DNA from: a virus
Taxonomy: Duplodnaviria; Caudoviricetes
Virus record (IMG/VR): IMGVR_UViG_3300037067_002168
Span: 24,189-88,188 of that record
Length of the DNA stretch: 64,000 nt
Reading direction: 5' to 3' (one strand)
Position numbers and translations under genes: made by a program. The notes under the pieces are model-generated. The model had not been told where the DNA came from and made no database searches. It saw nothing but the letters and a program-made list of their open reading frames with translations. How positions within the stretch are numbered: position 1 is the first letter of the stretch; every line of letters starts with the position of its first letter. Shown one piece after another: positions 34,997 through 44,205 of this stretch.

Positions 34997-37900
34997 ATGA
35001 CCCAACTTGTCCCCGACGGCTGCTGGAATTGGATCAACGAACCCATTGCCATCTATTCGGCGGCAATGAATAGCTGGTTCATGGGCTGGATTGACTCGAC
35101 GGGTCGGGTGTTCATCGGCCAGTATTCGCCGAGCAGTCAGGCGTGGCATGTCGCCAGTCTATATAACGGCGGCCTCTTGGAATACGACGACCACGACGAT
35201 CCGGCCGTACTGCCGTTGTTCTCGGGAAAAGTATTGGCCGCCTACAGCCAACATGCCGGTTACTCCTACTGTCAGACGACGACGAGCGTCAACTCGATCT
35301 CTGCATGGGGGCCGATCGTCGTAATGAACAACACGGCCGGCAACGGGGACAGCTACTGGCAATTAGGCCAGACCCACGACACAAACAACACGATTTGGGC
35401 TGTCTCTCGGCGTACAACAGTGGCGGATGGTCTGCGGTGGATGCTTCGCACTTCGACGGACGATGGCGCAACGTGGACAACGCCGTTTGCCTTGTACAAA
35501 TCGGAGGAATTTCCATACCTCAAGCAAATACAAACAGGCAACCGCTTTGACTTCGTAGTCAGTAACGACCACCCAAAGCATGTTCTCACCACGAACAATC
35601 TGTACCACTTCTATCAGATTGTGAAGGCCGACGGGAGCGGATTCGCCATCTACGACTCGGCGGGAACGCAGATTGGGACATATACCAGTGCGGGCGTGAA
35701 GCTCGCAGGAGCCGATCTGCCGTTGACGCCGGCGGCATTAGGCGCAGCGTCGATCGTGTGGGACGACGGGAATAGTTGGATGTGGGACATCCTGCCAGTA
35801 AATGGCGTGTTGACGATTGCGTTCACAACATACGTTGACGTGACGGACCCGCTAGATACCCATTCTTTTCATCGAGCACAACTGATTAACGGCGTTTGGA
35901 ATACAGAGTTGATTCACGATGGGGCCACCGATTACGTGCCGAATTGGTTGTCGCCTGACCCTGATACGCTTTGCCCCGAATATACGCCGGGATTCTGTTT
36001 GGACCCAAACGTTACTGACCGCGTTTATCTGGCCCGAAAGCACGCCGTTGACGACGCACGTCTTGAGCAGTGGGATAAGGTTGATGGTACGTGGGCAATG
36101 ACTGCCGACATCAGCGGGACGACGGGCGTTCTCAATGCGAGACCTTATGCCGTTCGAGGACTCTCGCCCACGCAGATTGTCTGGTGGGCTGGAAGCTATC
36201 CCTACTACAACAGCTACGACACTGCAATATACACGATGCGGACAACGCCGTTATTGCCAACCACCAAGCCGGCAATCGTGGATTTTCAGCGATCACTTAC
36301 ACCGCATGGTGCAAAGCTGATTGTTCCGCTAACCGAAGGGTCGGGGACAACGATTGGCGAAGCTACTCGGGCATACCAACCAGTGATGGTCGGGGAGCTG
36401 ACGTGGGCAGATGGTGCGATAGGAAAAGAGTTGTCGGGGTGGAGCACGTCGAAATATATCACGATGGACGATGCGGCCGTGGACTTCAATGCCGCCGCGT
36501 ACCCGAAATGGATTTATTTCCTCTACCACAACACGTCCACGGCGGCGCAGGCGTATCCTGTTTCAATTGGTCGCTCGACAACATCGACGCCCACGATAGC
36601 AATCGGCGTCAACGTGCCCAGTGCGGGCCACGCTTACTTCATTGCTCGGGACGACGCGGGCAACGCCATGACTTTGGATGCCACCATTGCCACGCTGAAC
36701 GACGGGAATCTGCATTCACTGATGCTCTTGCTGACCTCCGCCAGTCGCATGGACGCCTATTTTGATGGCAAGTTTGTCGGATTCGAAAATGCCCCGACAA
36801 TCGGGACGACCACGATTAACCAAGGCACTATCGGAGCGCATCGCAGGGACACTGTGGCATACCCGTGCTTGGGCTCGATTGGTTTCGTTGCACTCGGCTG
36901 GGGTGCGATTACAAATCCGGCCGTGCTGCACCACGACGTCATCAGCGGTCAGGTGGCCTGCTTGCGAAAGCCCGCGATTGTCTCGCCCGTTGCGGCTGTC
37001 GGGGACGTGAAGAGCGGCGTGGATCGTGGTGACGGCAGTCTCGGAACGTATCCGACAACTGAAACGAGTCAGGCCGCACAGCTTGCTACCGATCAAGCGG
37101 CCGTAACTGCCGCGTCCGACCATATCGACGGCGACACAACAATCATTGGCGTGGAGGGAACTGGCATGACCACGGATACACTGCGGACCGCGTTGGGGCT
37201 GACGGGTGACGAAAGCGTTTCGACGCTAACCAGGCAAGACTTCCAGGGCGTAAAAGGAACAATCTGGCACGTCTCTACCGCTGGCAACGACTCCAATGAC
37301 GGCCTATCGTGGGCAACGGCCAAGCTGACGCCCAAGACGGTTATCGAGGCAGCCGCGGCAGGCGACTTGGTTCTATGCGATGGACATTTCACGGTCGGGT
37401 CCAATTCGATCAACACGCCGGACGGCGTTTCGGTTCGCGGGTCAGGGCGCAGTACCACAACATTCACGTTTACGCGAGCCGACTCCGACCCTGCGGCGTT
37501 TCGGTCGCCAAGCAACGGGCGGCTATCCGACTTCCGCACGGTCCTGACAGGAACAACCGGCTACGCATTCGGCGGCATTGTATCCCGAGGGCAGTCTATT
37601 TTCACGAACAGCACACTCGAAAAAGTGAGCCATAGCGGCGGCAATACGGTAATCATGCTATGGGTGAACGGTGGAAGTATAACCGTCCGCAATCTTGACG
37701 TATCTGGATGTCTTTCGGGTTTTGCGAGCGACGTACTCGGGACCACGATGCAGATTTCCGATTCGCAATTCAATGTGACCTCAAGCCTTTCCCAGGTGCG
37801 TGGAACCCTGTACCTGTCGAATTGCGAATGCACGGCCGTTTCCGCTGCCTCTGCCGACATTCGCGGCCTCAGCGGCTCTAACGGCTCGACCATTCGCGCT

Positions 37901-39187
37901 AATAATTGTCGCATTCGCACCAAGACAGCGGCGGGCAATAGTGCTTACGACGTCTACAACGAGGGCACAGCCACGATCGTCTTGGACGGTTGCGACTACG
38001 ACCGGACCAAGACTTATGGCACGTACACGGATGTAGGACGTGTTGCCACCAACGCAAGCGGCAAAGCGACTGCCACACTCGATTGGTCGGCCGACGTGAC
38101 CAACAAGCCGACGATCGGAACCAGCACCCTCGTTTTACAGGATATTCCCGACGCCCTGAAACTCGCCCCGTCGGCCGGAGACCCGGCAACCGGAAGCCTC
38201 AACAAGCATGTTAACGACATTCTCGCCGACACCAACGAGCTGCAAACCAATCAGGGCAACTGGTTGACGGCAACTGGATTTGCAACGCCAACCAACATTA
38301 CGGCTGGAACCATTACGACGGTCACGAATCTGACCAACGCTCCCACGGTAGGCGACCTGACAGATACGATGAAAACCAGCGTAGCAACAGCCGTTGATGC
38401 CTCGACCTTTGCCGGAAAGTTCGCCGGCGTCACGCTCTTTGTAAAATTGATTCGCGGTTTGTTCCGTAAAGACGCAATGGACGCAACGGCCAAGAGTGAA
38501 GTGAATCTTGGTGGTGGCACATTCAATGAAGCAACGGACAGCATGGAGGCAATCCGCGATCGAGGTGACGTAGCCTATTTGACTGCCACTGGGTTTGCAA
38601 CGCCTACAAACATTACGGCCGGGACTATTACTACTGTAACGAATCTGACTAATGCCCCGACAACCGGGGATTTGACGGATACAATGAAAATGAGCGTTAC
38701 AACGGCTGTGGATGCTTCAACACTCGCAGGAAAGTTTGCCGGTATTACACTGGTTGCTAAATGGCTACGTGGGTTGTTTCGTAAAGACGTGATGGATTCA
38801 ACTGCAAAGACTGAGATCAATATCGGTGGTGGAACATTTAATGAGACGACGGATAGCAACGAGGCGATGCGGGACAGGGGCGATGCAGCCTATCTGACCG
38901 CTACCGGATTCTCGACGTTCAATCCGGCGACACAAGAAGTAACGCCTACTGCCGCAAGCAAAACAGGCTATTCCCTCTCTTCTTCTGGTCTGGACGACAT
39001 CGCTGACGTAGAACCCACTGCAAAACCGACTAATTTCATCGGTTGGGTACGCTGGTTGATCCAACGGCACCGAAGGGCAAGCATGACTTCTACTGCGCTG
39101 ATAGTAAAGAGTGAATCTGGAGAAACAATCACGACGCAATCCCTCAGTGACGATGGTACTACGCAGGAGGTAGGACCGCCAGTATGA
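34997..39187 (+). CDS. 1396-aa putative receptor-binding/depolymerase protein (BNR-like propeller + LamG-like + beta-helix + repeats)
   Basis: HDDP and STDDGATWT Asp-box; LNDGNLHSL..YFDG LamG-like; WHVSTAGNDSNDGLSWATAK..AGDLV pectin-lyase-type start; C-terminal repeats. Confidence 0.7.
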   Translation: MTQLVPDGCWNWINEPIAIYSAAMNSWFMGWIDSTGRVFIGQYSPSSQAWHVASLYNGGLLEYDDHDDPAVLPLFSGKVLAAYSQHAGYSYCQTTTSVNSISAWGPIVVMNNTAGNGDSYWQLGQTHDTNNTIWAVSRRTTVADGLRWMLRTSTDDGATWTTPFALYKSEEFPYLKQIQTGNRFDFVVSNDHPKHVLTTNNLYHFYQIVKADGSGFAIYDSAGTQIGTYTSAGVKLAGADLPLTPAALGAASIVWDDGNSWMWDILPVNGVLTIAFTTYVDVTDPLDTHSFHRAQLINGVWNTELIHDGATDYVPNWLSPDPDTLCPEYTPGFCLDPNVTDRVYLARKHAVDDARLEQWDKVDGTWAMTADISGTTGVLNARPYAVRGLSPTQIVWWAGSYPYYNSYDTAIYTMRTTPLLPTTKPAIVDFQRSLTPHGAKLIVPLTEGSGTTIGEATRAYQPVMVGELTWADGAIGKELSGWSTSKYITMDDAAVDFNAAAYPKWIYFLYHNTSTAAQAYPVSIGRSTTSTPTIAIGVNVPSAGHAYFIARDDAGNAMTLDATIATLNDGNLHSLMLLLTSASRMDAYFDGKFVGFENAPTIGTTTINQGTIGAHRRDTVAYPCLGSIGFVALGWGAITNPAVLHHDVISGQVACLRKPAIVSPVAAVGDVKSGVDRGDGSLGTYPTTETSQAAQLATDQAAVTAASDHIDGDTTIIGVEGTGMTTDTLRTALGLTGDESVSTLTRQDFQGVKGTIWHVSTAGNDSNDGLSWATAKLTPKTVIEAAAAGDLVLCDGHFTVGSNSINTPDGVSVRGSGRSTTTFTFTRADSDPAAFRSPSNGRLSDFRTVLTGTTGYAFGGIVSRGQSIFTNSTLEKVSHSGGNTVIMLWVNGGSITVRNLDVSGCLSGFASDVLGTTMQISDSQFNVTSSLSQVRGTLYLSNCECTAVSAASADIRGLSGSNGSTIRANNCRIRTKTAAGNSAYDVYNEGTATIVLDGCDYDRTKTYGTYTDVGRVATNASGKATATLDWSADVTNKPTIGTSTLVLQDIPDALKLAPSAGDPATGSLNKHVNDILADTNELQTNQGNWLTATGFATPTNITAGTITTVTNLTNAPTVGDLTDTMKTSVATAVDASTFAGKFAGVTLFVKLIRGLFRKDAMDATAKSEVNLGGGTFNEATDSMEAIRDRGDVAYLTATGFATPTNITAGTITTVTNLTNAPTTGDLTDTMKMSVTTAVDASTLAGKFAGITLVAKWLRGLFRKDVMDSTAKTEINIGGGTFNETTDSNEAMRDRGDAAYLTATGFSTFNPATQEVTPTAASKTGYSLSSSGLDDIADVEPTAKPTNFIGWVRWLIQRHRRASMTSTALIVKSESGETITTQSLSDDGTTQEVGPPV
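38264..38911 (+). repeat. 315-bp (105-aa) diverged tandem duplication
   Basis: LTATGF starts at 38264, 38579 and 38894; the protein copies are highly similar while the DNA differs largely at third codon positions. Confidence 0.9.
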
Positions 39188-39408
39188 GACTATTCGGAGA
39201 AGTAACCGGCGAAATTAGCTATCGTGACGCTGCGATGTGGTTGTATCCGCCGTTTGACCCGACGTTTAGAAAAATCAGGTATCCTTCCAGTAAAATAGCG
39301 GTAAAAGTTGGACCTGCTGACGCTTCTGTATCTACAGCGGAGTTTACAAAAACGGTATCCAGCGGATTATCTGGTGTGGTATCAGTACCAGTTGTTGATT
39401 GGAATTAA
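39184..39408 (+). CDS. hypothetical protein
   Basis: ATGA-coupled, 74 aa. Confidence 0.55.
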   Translation: MRLFGEVTGEISYRDAAMWLYPPFDPTFRKIRYPSSKIAVKVGPADASVSTAEFTKTVSSGLSGVVSVPVVDWN

Positions 39409-39409
39409 C

Positions 39410-39745
39410 ATGGCCTTGATCCTAGCATATAAGAACCGTAGACTGGCCAGGGACATCACGATTTTAGATGCCGACGGAATCACGATAACTCCCGGATCGA
39501 CTGACCGAGTGCGTATAAGTATTGGTAGGGAAGGTGAGACTGCACTATTGACCGTAGACAGTCAATCTCCTACGGCAAACGGTAGCAGTTTGACAAAGGG
39601 TGCGGCAAACCGTCTTATCTTAGACGCAGATGATCTAGGATTTACTCCAGGTACCTACACGATGCTCGTAGATTACTACGATGCAGACGACGGGCCAGAG
39701 TGGAAAACCGTATCCCGTCAATGCTTTGTGCTGGAGAATACTTGA
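39410..39745 (+). CDS. hypothetical virion protein (BppU-like beta sandwich)
   Basis: ITILDADG...TPGTYTMLVDY pattern. Confidence 0.55.
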   Translation: MALILAYKNRRLARDITILDADGITITPGSTDRVRISIGREGETALLTVDSQSPTANGSSLTKGAANRLILDADDLGFTPGTYTMLVDYYDADDGPEWKTVSRQCFVLENT

Positions 39746-40536
39746 TGAATACTATAGTAAGTATCTCAGAATTGCTGCTTGAACTTGGTTTGTCTTCTTC
39801 AGTTACAGACGAGGAACGGGCAATAGCGCAAACTGCGTTAGTTAGATCAGCAGCAGCCGTTCGCCAGTATCTTGGCTATGATCCAGTCTACGGAGAACAC
39901 ACGGAGTATTATCCAAAACAGCAAGCCAATACACAGGATAGCGAAGGAGTCTGGGAGGCAGACGGTAACTCTGCCGTCCTCAGGCAAACTGTAGAAGGAG
40001 CTACGGGGCAATTACAACTCCAGAGTCTGCCAGTACGCAGCGTAACTAGCTTGCGAATTGACTACGATGGAAGGTCTGGAGCAAAATCTGGGTCATTCAG
40101 CGAAGAGACAGAAAAAGTTGAGGGGGAGGATTATTGGCCTAACTACGATAAGACGGATAGTGACGGCGATAGAGTCTGCAGCGATGGAGTGGTGATGAGC
40201 GTAGGAGCGTGGCCTAATTCTCCTGGAACGATTCAAATTACTTACTATGCCGGATATACGCAAGAAGAATTGCACGGGCAAGACACAAGTATCGACGCTT
40301 CTCCAATACAAGAGGCCGTACTTTATGAAGCAGTTCGTCGAGTACGCCGTCACTATTCTCTCAGAAAAAGTACGCGGACTGGATTTGTGGCTGGCGCGAT
40401 TACCAGTGAAAGTCTCGGTGATTACTCCTACAGTGCAGACGGCGCTTCTGCGGCGCAATTGGATCGCGGGGGCAGTCTGACGCCAGAGACGAAAGAGAAG
40501 TTATCTCCCTTTCTTAACTACGGATTCATGATGTAA
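39745..40536 (+). CDS. head-tail connector/adaptor protein
   Basis: ITYYAGY..PIQEAVL...TSESLGDYSYS...LSPF. Confidence 0.8.
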   Translation: MNTIVSISELLLELGLSSSVTDEERAIAQTALVRSAAAVRQYLGYDPVYGEHTEYYPKQQANTQDSEGVWEADGNSAVLRQTVEGATGQLQLQSLPVRSVTSLRIDYDGRSGAKSGSFSEETEKVEGEDYWPNYDKTDSDGDRVCSDGVVMSVGAWPNSPGTIQITYYAGYTQEELHGQDTSIDASPIQEAVLYEAVRRVRRHYSLRKSTRTGFVAGAITSESLGDYSYSADGASAAQLDRGGSLTPETKEKLSPFLNYGFMM

Positions 40537-40544
40537 TTACGCCG

Positions 40545-40880
40545 ATGCTATTAGATAACCTACCACATCTAGCCACCGCTAAGAAGAGAACGAGAACCCG
40601 CGATTCGATGCTGGGTTCTAAAGATAGCTATACGACGGTATTTACGAATCGAGCGTGCTGGAGACAGCCTGCGAGTGACTCTGAAAAAACTAGATACCAG
40701 CAACGAGACATCACGGTCAGTCATAAAGTCTACTTCGCAGAAGATCCCGTGATAAACGAATCCCACGTTCTTTACATCGAAGGTAATTTACATTCAGTTC
40801 GCAGCGTAGCACACCCAGACAAGAGCGTTGGATTGGGTATTATCTACAGAGTTATGGTGAATCTGGAGGAGAACGTATGA
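40545..40880 (+). CDS. head-closure (stopper) protein
   Basis: Follows the adaptor; HKVYF...SHVLYIEG beta pattern. Confidence 0.65.
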   Translation: MLLDNLPHLATAKKRTRTRDSMLGSKDSYTTVFTNRACWRQPASDSEKTRYQQRDITVSHKVYFAEDPVINESHVLYIEGNLHSVRSVAHPDKSVGLGIIYRVMVNLEENV

Positions 40881-41236
40881 GAGTCATCTGCGATACGATG
40901 GATGGATTTATTACTAATCTTAACAACCAGATAGAAGATGGCGGATTGTCTCTGGTTAGAAACGCAGTGCATTTTAGCCTAACCCGGCGTGGATTAGACA
41001 CACAAGATTTACACAGAGCAATAAAGATACAGATCGTCGTACACGCCTCGGCGATTATCAACATCGACGACGGCCAGTTTTTGCTTGACTACGGAGAAGA
41101 TTGCGGGATTGACTATTGCGATGGTACGAATGAAAAGTCGGGTAGTAGTAAGGCACAAGAACTGAGAAGCCAGTTAGAAACATTTTGTATTCAGTCAAAT
41201 ATCCGTATGTTGCCTGGCGTAGTAGACGCTAGTTGA
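40877..41236 (+). CDS. hypothetical protein
   Basis: RBS GGAGGAG. Confidence 0.65.
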   Translation: MRVICDTMDGFITNLNNQIEDGGLSLVRNAVHFSLTRRGLDTQDLHRAIKIQIVVHASAIINIDDGQFLLDYGEDCGIDYCDGTNEKSGSSKAQELRSQLETFCIQSNIRMLPGVVDAS

Positions 41237-41297
41237 CTGCCGGAATAGAGAGCGATAATAGACCGTATCCCCACCCCAATAACTCAGGAGAACGATA

Positions 41298-41654
41298 ATG
41301 AGCATAGGTAGTGAAAGAAAAGTAGTGGAGATGATGTCAGAAGCTGGCGCACGTCATGCGGCAGAAAAAGCGATAACTGGTATCAGCGGACGATGGCTAT
41401 CTGCTGTCTGGCAAGTGTCAGACGATGGTGTCGTGACTCTATGCAGTCGAGTGACGTGGAAGTTTCCGAACGACGCCGCAGAAGTATGCGCCAAACAACT
41501 CTTAGAAGATTTGACGGTCAAACCTAGATTGCCTCTACCAGATCCGTTACCGAGAGTGGCATTGCCGCTTTCCGATACTGGCGATCTATTGGGTTTCAAA
41601 AATAGTAACGGCAATCACCAAGAAGACGCTGAATTTACTATGGAGGACAAATAG
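41298..41654 (+). CDS. hypothetical protein
   Basis: RBS AGGAG. Confidence 0.65.
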   Translation: MSIGSERKVVEMMSEAGARHAAEKAITGISGRWLSAVWQVSDDGVVTLCSRVTWKFPNDAAEVCAKQLLEDLTVKPRLPLPDPLPRVALPLSDTGDLLGFKNSNGNHQEDAEFTMEDK

Positions 41655-42031
41655 TGTTAAAAGTTTGGATCCTCCGAATCAAGAATCATTTCTGCATACG
41701 CCAACGAACTACGGCTCAAAGACAGGTAGAACGGTGGATGGTAGATAGCCAACAACTGCTCGAACAGTTAAACCAGGCTATTTTGAAACTGGGCGATTTT
41801 TCTCGTCGTCTATCTACGATTACAGATGACTATCAGAAGCGGATCAGTGAGGCCGATCAGTTGGTACGCCAACACGATACAGTACTGGAATCGTTGCGCA
41901 GTGAAAATACCGTCCTGGGAATCGAAGTGACGGCCCTTACGGCTGCTAACCAGCTGGTGTTGGAAAGATACAGGGCTGATACTGCCATACAGACTGCACG
42001 TCAGGTAGCTTTGCGAACGAAGGAGGATTAG
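41654..42031 (+). CDS. coiled-coil hypothetical protein
   Basis: Heptad pattern; coupled to neighbours. Confidence 0.6.
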   Translation: MLKVWILRIKNHFCIRQRTTAQRQVERWMVDSQQLLEQLNQAILKLGDFSRRLSTITDDYQKRISEADQLVRQHDTVLESLRSENTVLGIEVTALTAANQLVLERYRADTAIQTARQVALRTKED

Positions 42032-42032
42032 G

Positions 42033-44204
42033 ATGAGTTCTGTGCTGACCAAGGCTATTGATCAGGGTAATGCCTGTATCGCCCAGACGATGATCCACGC
42101 CCAGCAGATGAAAGATGCTGGAACGTTAATATCTTCCCTGTCGCCGGGTATAGCAGGTGAGTCGATGTTTGGTGGTTATAAGTCACAGCAACGCAACAAA
42201 GAAAATTATGGGGCATTCCATGGTTGGCTCTATTCTGCGATCAATGCTTTAGCTTCCGAATCAGCCGGGCAACCAGCTACTCTCGCCAGAATCGAGAGTA
42301 GCAAGACTACTCAGAAGAAGCGGGGGCCGTCGGGTAAGAAGTCTATCGCCCTGCTACCAAAGCATGTCAGAGCCAAGGCGGCACAGCAGGAGCTGGACGT
42401 TCTGATTGACCACCCCCTGATCAAGTCCCTAGAGCAGCCCAATCCAATTCAGGCGCGTTGGCAGTTCGTCTACAGTTTTGTGGCGAGCCTGAATCTGACG
42501 GGTTGGGCCTACGTCGTCTTTGACGTAGATAAGGACGGCAACTTAGAGATGTACTCTTTACCCAGTACGTGGGTGCGGCCAGACCATAAGAATGGGCCAT
42601 TCTCCAGGTTCTATGTGTCTGACCCGAAAGATTCAAGTGCCAGTGTTAAAGAACCGTTGACTAGAGATAACGTGGCGTTTGCCTACCTGCCAGATCCAGG
42701 TAATCCGCTGTCTGCTATCGCCCCAGTGACTAGCCAGATGCCAGCCGTGCGTATTGACAGATTCATCCAGTCATCTCAAGAGCAGCACTTTCGTCGTGGT
42801 ATATTTCCGAGCGTCGTGGTGACGATCGGTAAGGATCCACATCCAGACGTGCCTGGAGGAATACGCCCAAGATTATCAGGCGCTCAGCGGCGTCAGGTTC
42901 ACGCCGCTATTAACAAGGCAATGGGCGGTATCGCTAACTACGGCAGCCCAGCAATCGTTGATGGATTGATCGAGAACATTGCCCGATTCTCCAACACAGA
43001 GAACGAGATGGGATGGAGCCGTAGTGAGGACAAGATACGCACCAGAATCCTCAGCGCCTTTGGCGTTCATCCGTACATACTTGGCGAGCCGGTCAGCGTT
43101 GGCGGATATGCCCAAGCCGCCAAGATCGAGGAACGATTCTGCAAGCGGGTCAACACGTTTCTTGAGATGCTCAGTTTGCTCGTAACGAAGGTCGTTCAAA
43201 GTACGGAAGGCCAAGAAGATTTACAGGTATGGTGGGAGGAGGCCAAACCCCACGATCCCAGTCTACGATGGCAGGGAGTTCAGTTTGCCCGTACCAATGG
43301 TGACATCAGTCAGAATGAGCTACGTGCTGAACTTGGCTATCCGCCGGACGAAGATAGCAACCAAGCCAACCTCAGCGGTAGCGGTGCTGCTCAGGTAGTC
43401 CAACTGCTGGCTCAGGTTGGGGCAGGGGCAATAACGAACGACCAGGCGAAGGCGACGATGGTGGCAATGGGCCTCAGCGACGATCAGGCTACCGCTATCG
43501 CCGGTCAACCGTCCAAAGAGGCTACAGTCCAGCAGGCGACAGAGGCCGTCAACAAGGCGATTGCCGAGTTAAAGCGGCCGATCAGCTTCGACGTCGGCAG
43601 TGTGGCAGACGCCCTCGTCACAAAATTCAACCCGTCCCAGCCTCGCGACAGAGACGGGCAATTCGCAAGCGGCGGTGGTTCGAGCAGCCCAAGTTCTTCT
43701 GGTTCGTCTGGTCCGTCTGGTCCGTCTGGTCCGTCTAATGCCGCTTCAACCGCGCAGTGGGAGCGACGTCGGGACCGCGAAGAGGGTACTCAAAAAGAAG
43801 CCGATAGGGAAGTTGTCAAGGCGGACAAGGCCGTGGCAAAAGCGAAGTCTGCCTTAGAATCTGCTCGGCAAAAACTGGAAGTATTCAACGAAGTTCGTGA
43901 TGAAGTTCGGCAGCGAATGGCCGCTAACGTAGAAAAGTTACTGGCCCCAGTCCAGTCGAAAATCTCCTCACTGTCTCAAGAATTAAGTGCAAGTCAGAAG
44001 CGGATGGCCGACTTGAAGGCCCAGTTGAAGGAGATCAAGGAGCGTCAAGCTGCCAGACGTAAGAAGAGTGCTGATGATCTGGGTGAACAGTTTGACGCCG
44101 CGTTAGATCAACTGCGATCTAGCATCGCAATCCTTACTTCTATCGCCGATCGTGCCGAAGATATTACAACCGAAATTCAATCAATTATTTCTACGATTGA
44201 CTGA
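42033..44204 (+). CDS. portal protein (HK97-like) with C-terminal cargo extension
   Basis: SLNLTGWAY, MYSLPSTWV, HFRRGIFPS, RILSAFGVHPYILG, ISQNELRAELGYPP. Confidence 0.9.
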   Translation: MSSVLTKAIDQGNACIAQTMIHAQQMKDAGTLISSLSPGIAGESMFGGYKSQQRNKENYGAFHGWLYSAINALASESAGQPATLARIESSKTTQKKRGPSGKKSIALLPKHVRAKAAQQELDVLIDHPLIKSLEQPNPIQARWQFVYSFVASLNLTGWAYVVFDVDKDGNLEMYSLPSTWVRPDHKNGPFSRFYVSDPKDSSASVKEPLTRDNVAFAYLPDPGNPLSAIAPVTSQMPAVRIDRFIQSSQEQHFRRGIFPSVVVTIGKDPHPDVPGGIRPRLSGAQRRQVHAAINKAMGGIANYGSPAIVDGLIENIARFSNTENEMGWSRSEDKIRTRILSAFGVHPYILGEPVSVGGYAQAAKIEERFCKRVNTFLEMLSLLVTKVVQSTEGQEDLQVWWEEAKPHDPSLRWQGVQFARTNGDISQNELRAELGYPPDEDSNQANLSGSGAAQVVQLLAQVGAGAITNDQAKATMVAMGLSDDQATAIAGQPSKEATVQQATEAVNKAIAELKRPISFDVGSVADALVTKFNPSQPRDRDGQFASGGGSSSPSSSGSSGPSGPSGPSNAASTAQWERRRDREEGTQKEADREVVKADKAVAKAKSALESARQKLEVFNEVRDEVRQRMAANVEKLLAPVQSKISSLSQELSASQKRMADLKAQLKEIKERQAARRKKSADDLGEQFDAALDQLRSSIAILTSIADRAEDITTEIQSIISTID

Positions 44205-44205
44205 C

